NCBI GenBank assembly: GCA_964443725.1 | Contig: CAYUDP010000004.1 | Location: forward strand, 1-49,815 | Length of the DNA stretch: 49,815 bases | From: an uncultured Candidatus Saccharibacteria bacterium | GTDB lineage: Bacteria; Patescibacteriota; Minisyncoccia; Phycocordibacterales; JAKFXT01 | Direction: 5' to 3' | Part shown: positions 43,517-49,815 of the stretch, piece by piece | Layout: every line of letters starts with the position of its first letter | How positions within the stretch are numbered: position 1 is the first letter of the stretch | The notes under the pieces: generated by a model | Seen by the model: only the letters and a program-made list of their open reading frames with translations | Database searches by the model: none | Told to the model about the DNA's origin: nothing | Position numbers and translations under genes: made by a program

Positions 43517-44212
43517 TTATAAAGACGAGAGAGAATCAAAAGAATTTTTTGGATTTTCACTATTTAAAATATATGAACCCGATACAAGTCTATCTACTCC
43601 AAGAGAAATCAGTCTTTCAGCTGTCTCCAAATTAACTCCCCCATCAACACTAATTATAAGTTGTGGGTACATACTTCTCAAAGTCGAAATATTAGAAAGC
43701 ACCCTCTCTGACATCTCTTCTCCTTGATGTCCAATATTTTCTATTCCCATTTGTTGTACAAAATCAGCTTCTTCAATAAATTCTCCGATTGTTGAAATAT
43801 CTTCTTCTGGCATAATCGCTACACCAAATTCAACTCTAAAAGGATCGTCCGCCTCCCCTCCATACTGGGCCTTCAACTCTTTCATTATTTTACAAATATC
43901 TTCAGAACTATTTTTATGAATTATTATCCGACTCGCTCCCGCCTTTATCCAGTCAAGAGCATCCCTTTGCGGGTTAACAACCATAAGATCAACTTCGTAA
44001 TCTATTTCATCCCAAAAAGGTAAAGCTTTCTCTTCTCTTAAAATCGTCCCGAAATCACCCTTTGTGTCCCCATATGGAAATGATTTATTTTTTACATAAA
44101 CACCATCCATCACATCAATTTGTACATGTTTAGCAAACTGATGAACCTTGCCAACAAGTATCTCCAACTCATCATAATCTCTCGGCATCAATGCTGGTAT
44201 AATTTCAACCAT
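43517..44212 (-). CDS. rpe: Ribulose-phosphate 3-epimerase-like TIM-barrel protein
   Basis: IIPALMPRDY...VQIDVMDGVYVKNKSFPYG and VDGGVNLETAERLISLGVDRLVSGSYI. Sits between rpiB and tkt. Confidence 0.7.
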   Translation of the reverse strand: MVEIIPALMPRDYDELEILVGKVHQFAKHVQIDVMDGVYVKNKSFPYGDTKGDFGTILREEKALPFWDEIDYEVDLMVVNPQRDALDWIKAGASRIIIHKNSSEDICKIMKELKAQYGGEADDPFRVEFGVAIMPEEDISTIGEFIEEADFVQQMGIENIGHQGEEMSERVLSNISTLRSMYPQLIISVDGGVNLETAERLISLGVDRLVSGSYILNSENPKNSFDSLSSL

Positions 44213-44215
44213 ATT

Positions 44216-44659
44216 TTATGAATCTATTTTAGACAATCGTCTTTTATGTCTTTCATCCCCAGAAAATCCTGTCTCAAGCCACAAAGTAACAGCTTCTTCA
44301 GCTTCAGTGTTTGTAATAAATCTTGCTCCCAAAGAGAGAATATTTGAGTTATTGTGCTCCCTTGAAAGTTTTATTATGTCCAAATTTCCACCATAATACA
44401 CGCCACACATTATACCCTTCATTCTATTAACCGAGATCGCCTCCCCTTCACCCGACCCCCCTAGAATTATTCCCCTAGAATCATCTGGATCTCTCAAGAT
44501 TTCCTCAGCCACAGATTTCGTATAGTCTGGGTAATCATCTCCCTCAACATAAGAAAAGGGACCCTTATCGATCACAGTAAAACCCTTATCTTTCAAAAAA
44601 TCAGCAAGATGATTCTTTAGCTCAAAACCAGCATGGTCAGATGATAAATATATTTTCAT
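44216..44659 (-). CDS. rpiB: Ribose-5-phosphate isomerase B
   Basis: MKIYLSSDHAGFELKNHLADFLKDKGFTVIDKG, ILGGSGEGEAISVNR. Confidence 0.9.
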   Translation of the reverse strand: MKIYLSSDHAGFELKNHLADFLKDKGFTVIDKGPFSYVEGDDYPDYTKSVAEEILRDPDDSRGIILGGSGEGEAISVNRMKGIMCGVYYGGNLDIIKLSREHNNSNILSLGARFITNTEAEEAVTLWLETGFSGDERHKRRLSKIDS

Positions 44660-44667
44660 AAAAACAA

Positions 44668-45057
44668 TTATTCACCAAGCAATAATCTAGAAAAATTATC
44701 CCTGATCCCCCCTTCATTTGTAATTCGCATCAATGGCCCATTTTTAAAAGCAGCCTTAAGATCTGGATCTTTCTTTATCTCAGGATTTTCTACGACAATC
44801 TCTTCTAGTTGCCTAAGGGACAGTCTTGCCTCTGGATCATCATCTACCTTTTTGGATATATAATCCTCAGGAATATATTCGTCTCCCCTACTATTTTTGA
44901 TAGTCTTATATGACCTAAGCGTATGGTAAAATTCCTCTAGTGTACTAGCGATACCCAAGAGAGTGGCACACTCAGTTTTTCCAAGTTCATCAAAAGCTCT
45001 CTCCCCGTACGGGGTTTGCAAATAATCCAGCCCAAACTCTTTCCCTTCATTCTCCAT
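44668..45057 (-). CDS. Hypothetical protein (129 aa) embedded between gap and rpiB
   Basis: Tightly packed, 2 nt after the gap stop and 8 nt before the rpiB start. Host-type composition. No recognisable motif. Confidence 0.6.
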   Translation of the reverse strand: MENEGKEFGLDYLQTPYGERAFDELGKTECATLLGIASTLEEFYHTLRSYKTIKNSRGDEYIPEDYISKKVDDDPEARLSLRQLEEIVVENPEIKKDPDLKAAFKNGPLMRITNEGGIRDNFSRLLLGE

Positions 45058-45059
45058 AC

Positions 45060-46091
45060 CTATATATTTTCTCCAGAAATAATCACATGCTCGACTAAAG
45101 CATGCGTGTACCCCATCTCATTGTCATACCAAGCACAAACTTTTACGAGGTTGCCATCTACAACTCTAGTAAGACCCAAATCAGCAATTGAAGCATACTT
45201 GCTGCCAACTATGTCAGATGACACAAGAGGTTCGTCTGTGGTAGAAAATACCTTACTCCATCTATCATCAAGTGAGGCTTTTTTAAGGATGTTGTTTATT
45301 TCTTCAACTGAAGTATTTCTCTTGGCAATAAAAGTTATATCTGCGATAGATCCGGCTGGTACTGGTACACGCATTGATATACCATCAAACTTATCTGTAA
45401 GTTGAGGCAAAGCAAGAGCCACTGCAATTGCCGCCCCCGTTGAAGTCGGAACAATATTCTGCGCACCGGCTCTACCCTCTTTCCAGTCTTTTTTTGCTGG
45501 GCCATCAACAATAGCCTGACTCGCAGTATAACCATGAACAGTACTAAGTAGTGCTTTCTCTACACCAATACTTTCATCAAGTATTTGCATCAATGGACTT
45601 GCGGCATTTGTTGTACAAGAAGCATTTGAAGAAATATCCACATCCTTTAATTTATCTTCATTTATCCCAAGAAGAACCGTCTCACCTTTAACACCGTCGA
45701 CGATCTCTCCTTTAACCGGAGCAGAGACAACAACTCTTTTTGCCCCAGCTTTCAAGTGAGCGCTCGCTTTATCATAACTAGTGAAAAGACCGGTTGATTC
45801 AACTACAATATCTATCTCCATCTCCCCCCAAGGTAAATTGCTTGGATCTTTTTCACTTAAAAATCTAACTTTCTTACCATTTACTATTAGATAATTTTCA
45901 TCCCCTTTCTCTGTTTTTACATCTAGACCACTTCTGCCATAAACTGTGTCGTATTTCAAAAGATAGGCCAGATTGTCAACATCACCAAGATCGTTCACAG
46001 CAACAATGTCCACCTCCATTCTCTCTGTTGCCACCTTGAAAAAGGCTCGCCCTATTCTTCCAAAACCATTTATTGCTACTTTTATTGCCAT
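45060..46091 (-). CDS. gap: Glyceraldehyde-3-phosphate dehydrogenase
   Basis: KVAINGFGRIGR and SNASCTTNA active-site motif. Confidence 0.95.
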   Translation of the reverse strand: MAIKVAINGFGRIGRAFFKVATERMEVDIVAVNDLGDVDNLAYLLKYDTVYGRSGLDVKTEKGDENYLIVNGKKVRFLSEKDPSNLPWGEMEIDIVVESTGLFTSYDKASAHLKAGAKRVVVSAPVKGEIVDGVKGETVLLGINEDKLKDVDISSNASCTTNAASPLMQILDESIGVEKALLSTVHGYTASQAIVDGPAKKDWKEGRAGAQNIVPTSTGAAIAVALALPQLTDKFDGISMRVPVPAGSIADITFIAKRNTSVEEINNILKKASLDDRWSKVFSTTDEPLVSSDIVGSKYASIADLGLTRVVDGNLVKVCAWYDNEMGYTHALVEHVIISGENI

Positions 46092-46163
46092 AAAAAACTA
46101 AATTAGATATAACCCAATAATTATATCAACTAAACAAAAAACTAACCATCTTAAAAAAGAGCC

Positions 46164-47573
46164 CTAACTAAGGCTCTTTTTTACTATATCCATTAGGACT
46201 TTGGGGTTGGCACTACCTTTTGATTTTTTCATACCCTGCCCCACGAAAAACTGCAATGCCGATTCTTTACCATTTTTGAAGTCTTGGACGACGTTTGGAT
46301 TTTCTTTTATAAGCTCCTCCACTATAAGTCTTAATGCTTCCTCATCGTTTTGCTGTATCAACCCTTTTTCCTTAGCTATAGAGTTTGGATCCCCACCATT
46401 TTCGAACAACACAGCCAAAATATCTTTCCCACCCCTTGAAGATACAAGACCATCTTTTATCATCTTTATTAATTCTTTAAAACCTTGGGGTGTTATCTTT
46501 GATTCTTTTATTGATAATCCCTTAAGAAGCCCGGCAATATCAGATGTCAGATAATTGACACAGAGTTTTATAAAATCAGAATCTTCCCCATTTGACGTTT
46601 TATCAAAAAATAGAGCAAGATCAAAATCCGACACAAGCATTTCTACGTCCTCTGATTTCAATCCCAGTGAGAAATATCTATCCCTTTTTTCATTTGGGAG
46701 TTCCGGCATTTCATTTTTTATATTCTCCTTACTAAATTCTTCTATTTTGGAAATATACAACTTTGGCAAATCCGGATCAGGAAAATACCTGTAGTCATTG
46801 GAATTTTCTTTTATTCTCTGAGAAAAAGTTTTCTGTGCCCCCTCATCCCAACCTCTAGTTTCTTGCACAACCTTGCCACCGGAATCAATAAGGGCGATTT
46901 GTCTGTCTATCTCATAAGATATTGCTCTCTCAACCGATCTAAAAGAGTTTAGATTTTTAACCTCAACTTTCGTACCAAGCTTACCGTCTTTACCAACAGA
47001 TATGTTTGCCTCAACTCTCATTTGACCCTTTTCCATATTTGCCTCTCCAACACCAAGAGTTCTCAAAAGCAACTGTAGTTCTTTTGCAAATCTTACAGCA
47101 GTGTCCTTGTCATGAATAACCGGCTCAGTAACAAGTTCCATAAGTGGCACACCAGCACGGTTGAAATCAAGCAAACTATGCTCATCATGTTGATCATGAG
47201 TTGAACGTGCTGTATCCTCCTCAAGATGAACGCGGGTTATAGAAACCCCAGCCAATTCCCCACCTGAAACTAGAGGATATTTGTATTGGCTTATCTGATA
47301 CCCCTTAGGTATATCTGGATAAAAATAATTTTTTCTATCAAATTCTGTATAATCTGCGATTTCCCCATTTATGGAATGCCCGATTTTAATAATATATTTT
47401 ACTGCGGCCTTGTTAATAACAGGAAGTGTTCCTGGATGTGCCATACAGATTGGACAAATATTTACATTTGGCTTTTCCTCATCTGGATTATTTAGAGAAT
47501 TGCAAAACATCTTTGTTTTAGTTTTCAATTCAGCATGTATTTCTAAACCTATTGTTGGAAGATATTCTGACAT
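46164..47573 (-). CDS. gatB: Asp/Glu-tRNA amidotransferase subunit B
   Basis: PTIGLEIHAELKTKTKMFC, NICPICMAHPGTLP, RVHLEEDTA, C-terminal YqeY-like tail. A terminator hairpin (AGAGCC...GGCTCT-TTTTT) overlaps the stop codon. Confidence 0.95.
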   Translation of the reverse strand: MSEYLPTIGLEIHAELKTKTKMFCNSLNNPDEEKPNVNICPICMAHPGTLPVINKAAVKYIIKIGHSINGEIADYTEFDRKNYFYPDIPKGYQISQYKYPLVSGGELAGVSITRVHLEEDTARSTHDQHDEHSLLDFNRAGVPLMELVTEPVIHDKDTAVRFAKELQLLLRTLGVGEANMEKGQMRVEANISVGKDGKLGTKVEVKNLNSFRSVERAISYEIDRQIALIDSGGKVVQETRGWDEGAQKTFSQRIKENSNDYRYFPDPDLPKLYISKIEEFSKENIKNEMPELPNEKRDRYFSLGLKSEDVEMLVSDFDLALFFDKTSNGEDSDFIKLCVNYLTSDIAGLLKGLSIKESKITPQGFKELIKMIKDGLVSSRGGKDILAVLFENGGDPNSIAKEKGLIQQNDEEALRLIVEELIKENPNVVQDFKNGKESALQFFVGQGMKKSKGSANPKVLMDIVKKSLS

Positions 47574-47609
47574 ATTGGCGATTATACAAGAGAGATATAT
47601 CTTTGTTAA

Positions 47610-48575
47610 TTATTTAATAAAATCAATAATACTTTCAGTCAATTTTTTCATAGCCATATCATCAAGGACCGAAACCGTCAAAACATCTTTGTTTAATTTT
47701 TTAGCTATTTTTAACTGTTCTTTCAACTTAACCTCATCTATCATATCTGTTTTTGTAAGAACAATTACCTCTTTCTTTGAAACAAGATCCGGTGAATATC
47801 TTTTTAACTCTTCTCGTATAACCTTATAGTCTCTAGAAATATCGTTGCTTTCAAGAGAAATACAGTGAAGTAAAACCTTAGTCCTCTTTATATGTTTCAA
47901 AAATTTGTGCCCCAAGCCACGGCCCTGTGAAGCGCCCTCAATTAGTCCCGGGATATCAGCTAATATGTATCCATACATCTCCCCCAAATTTGGCTCGAGC
48001 GTTGTAAACTGATAACTTCCAACTTTTGCTTTTGCTCTAGTCAAGAAATTCAACAAACTAGACTTGCCAGCATTAGGTAGACCAATAAGCCCAGCATCAG
48101 CCATTATTTGAAGCTCAACAAAAAAATCCCCCTTCTCTCCGTCCTTGCCCTCTGTATATTTTGTTGGAGAACGATTTATAGAACTTTTGTAGTGGTCATT
48201 GCCAAAGCCCCAATCCCCTCCATGAAGAATCATTATCTTCTCTCCTTCATTCACCGTCTCAACAACACGTCCAGTTTCAATATTAGTCACAACAGAGCCA
48301 AGTGGAACTTCCAATATAAAATCTTTCCCATTCGCCCCCTTCTTGCAATCACTGCTACCATCCTCCCCTCTTTCTGCTGAGAATTCTTTTTTATTTCTAT
48401 ATCTTATTAAAACCCCAAGATCTCTAACCCCCATAGCATAAACATCCCCCCCTCTACCACCATCTCCACCAGATGGACCTCCAAGGTCCTTACCTTTTTC
48501 ATGCCTCCAACGGACAACGCCGTCCCCTCCACGACCAGCAGAGAGTTTTATTTTCATTTCATCAATAAAAGCCAT
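47610..48575 (-). CDS. obg: GTPase Obg (no C-terminal extension domain)
   Basis: FIDEMKIKLSAGRGGDGVVRWRHEK (Obg fold), GLPNAGKSSLLN (G1), DIPGLIEGA (G3), TKTD (G4). Confidence 0.95.
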   Translation of the reverse strand: MAFIDEMKIKLSAGRGGDGVVRWRHEKGKDLGGPSGGDGGRGGDVYAMGVRDLGVLIRYRNKKEFSAERGEDGSSDCKKGANGKDFILEVPLGSVVTNIETGRVVETVNEGEKIMILHGGDWGFGNDHYKSSINRSPTKYTEGKDGEKGDFFVELQIMADAGLIGLPNAGKSSLLNFLTRAKAKVGSYQFTTLEPNLGEMYGYILADIPGLIEGASQGRGLGHKFLKHIKRTKVLLHCISLESNDISRDYKVIREELKRYSPDLVSKKEVIVLTKTDMIDEVKLKEQLKIAKKLNKDVLTVSVLDDMAMKKLTESIIDFIK

Positions 48576-48622
48576 ATGTAATACACATTAGTGTTTTAAA
48601 TGAAAAAGTGCAAGTCAAAACA

Positions 48623-48982
48623 CTAGTCCCTCTTCTTTAGAAGAATATCGAGCATAGAATCTATAGCCGATATTATTAGAGCTACAATAAAAGCTGGGAT
48701 AAACCCCCCTATAGAAAACCCTGGTACAAACCAGACTACAGCCCAAAACAAGAAGGCATTTACGACGAATCTAAACAACCCAAGAGTTATGAGGTTTAGA
48801 GGTAATGTGATAATAGATATAATCGGTCTAACAAATATACACAGAAGCCAAAAAACTAATGACACCAAGAATGCCGTCTTAAATGGATTACCGCCACCAA
48901 TGATTACCCCCGCCACAGCTCCATACTTTGCAATAGCAAGTAATGAAAGAGCGATTATTAAAAGTTTTGCCAAGTGTCTCAT
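48623..48982 (-). CDS. DUF360 / holin-family-IV-like small membrane protein
   Basis: Four hydrophobic segments, with LPLNLITLGLFRFVVNAFLFWAVVWFVPGF characteristic of the YvlD/DUF360 family. Confidence 0.6.
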   Translation of the reverse strand: MRHLAKLLIIALSLLAIAKYGAVAGVIIGGGNPFKTAFLVSLVFWLLCIFVRPIISIITLPLNLITLGLFRFVVNAFLFWAVVWFVPGFSIGGFIPAFIVALIISAIDSMLDILLKKRD

Positions 48983-48992
48983 ATATAAAAAA

Positions 48993-49430
48993 TTAATTAA
49001 TTACTAATTCAATTTCTCTCTTTTTCAAAAGTATGGCTGTACACAAAATGATTGTCGCTGAAAGAGCCGACAAAAGGCAGTACACACAGAAAGCTTTTAT
49101 GAATACCCCCTGAACGACTACAAAATACATTGAGTCAACAAAACCTATTACGCTCCATATCTGTAATATAAGAAGGGACATAGAACTATTCTTTTTTGAA
49201 AAATACACCCCAAGTAACACAGAAACCGAGTAAAAAATAATTCCAAGTAACGATAGTGGTACCCCCAAAATCGCAGAATATGAACTATTTGCAACAGTCT
49301 GGCACCCTTCAAAAATAACACACTTCAAAACGCCACTAGTCACTCTCTCATAGAAAAGATATGCTGAGTCAATAAGCCCTATTATTGAAAAAGTAAAGAA
49401 TACTAATAAAATTTTATTTTGTCTAACCAT
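48993..49430 (-). CDS. Vitamin K epoxide reductase (VKOR) family protein
   Basis: Loop cysteines (LKCVIFEGCQTVANSSYSAILGVPLSLLG) and membrane CxxC (FCVYCLLSA). Confidence 0.75.
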   Translation of the reverse strand: MVRQNKILLVFFTFSIIGLIDSAYLFYERVTSGVLKCVIFEGCQTVANSSYSAILGVPLSLLGIIFYSVSVLLGVYFSKKNSSMSLLILQIWSVIGFVDSMYFVVVQGVFIKAFCVYCLLSALSATIILCTAILLKKREIELVIN

Positions 49431-49800
49431 GTATTTTTTTATCTTCTGATAAATGTTTTATTTCTTCTCTTAATTCTGAAACTTCTTCTATTAAGATCTT
49501 TCTTTCTCTTATATCTTCTTTTAATTCTTCATCAACCTTTTTAAGGAACCCAACCTCTTCATCTACTTCTTCCTCTGTTTTTTCTATAAGTTTTTTTTCT
49601 TTTTTAATACCTGAAATCAAAATAGTATCTCCAACGAAGAAAGATACAAAAAGTCCCGTAGCAAGTAAGACACAAACACTAATAATTAGAGTCACATATG
49701 GATTCCATTTTAGTAGATTTGCAATCTCCCAAACCGACCACCAAAAAAGCACTACAGCGAAACCGCCGATAAGAGAATAAATGACAGGATACCGCGACAA
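49423..49800 (-). CDS. Hypothetical membrane protein with charged coiled-coil C-terminus (125 aa)
   Basis: Two N-terminal TM helices, then an E/K-rich tail. Overlaps the VKOR start by 8 nt. Confidence 0.55.
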   Translation of the reverse strand: MSRYPVIYSLIGGFAVVLFWWSVWEIANLLKWNPYVTLIISVCVLLATGLFVSFFVGDTILISGIKKEKKLIEKTEEEVDEEVGFLKKVDEELKEDIRERKILIEEVSELREEIKHLSEDKKIHG

Positions 49801-49815
49801 ATGCCCCCTAACATG

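Noticed and set aside
1-49815. Alternative genetic code (UGA recoding, as in some candidate phyla)
   Set aside because: Housekeeping genes are full length under the standard code, and TGA is used as a genuine stop (for example dnaE ends ...GAG TTG TGA at 11128-11130, and cassette gene 19078).

Overview
This is an AT-rich, gene-dense bacterial chromosome segment with almost all long genes on the minus strand. Spot counts of single 60-nt lines give 24/60 G+C at 8041 and 15/60 at 21061.

Gene content: smc, rnc, a nusB-NUDIX fusion, rpmF, rnhB, dnaE, thrS, gyrB, pheS-pheT, tsf-rpsB, prfA, rpmE, rplY, fba, split transketolase, rpe, rpiB, gap, gatB, obg and one tRNA-Thr(UGU). The proteins are miniaturised, and there are large Ig-repeat/LTD/CARDB surface proteins, a sortase and VKOR. 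Together this suggests a Patescibacteria/CPR (Parcubacteria-like) genome using the standard code, since TGA serves as a stop in full-length housekeeping genes. I found no rRNA, CRISPR array, transposase, integrase or reverse transcriptase.

Main signal: seven short GC-rich cassettes (39/60 G+C in the line at 16021) sit exactly in intergenic gaps between AT-rich housekeeping genes. Approximate positions are 1130-1366, 3800-4560, 6460-7200, 15612-16930, 19020-19431, 24840-25982 and 37310-37600.
- Each carries small ORFs with canonical Shine-Dalgarno sites (AGGAGG, GGAGG, GGGAG) and GC3-rich codons.
- The products are secreted, lipoprotein, single-TM or Cys/Gly-rich proteins of no recognisable family.
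- Each cassette ends in a G+C-rich hairpin terminator.
- The surrounding host genes mostly lack an SD and have a TATAAT-like box only 6-9 nt upstream of the start codon, which looks leaderless.

Other observations:
- An NlpC/P60 domain is inserted in PheT, and pheT is translationally coupled to a C39-like peptidase.
- NusB is fused to a NUDIX domain.
- SMC is compact and apparently lacks a hinge.
- A sortase lies two genes from a VPYTG-TM-RRK surface protein that has a 130-aa tail.
- A terminator-bounded structured RNA candidate lies in one cassette.
- Two coding regions are missing from the supplied ORF track: an edge-truncated gene at 1..930 (minus) and a 54-codon ORF at 1152..1316 (plus).

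All functional calls come from motif recognition by eye. No database search was possible.
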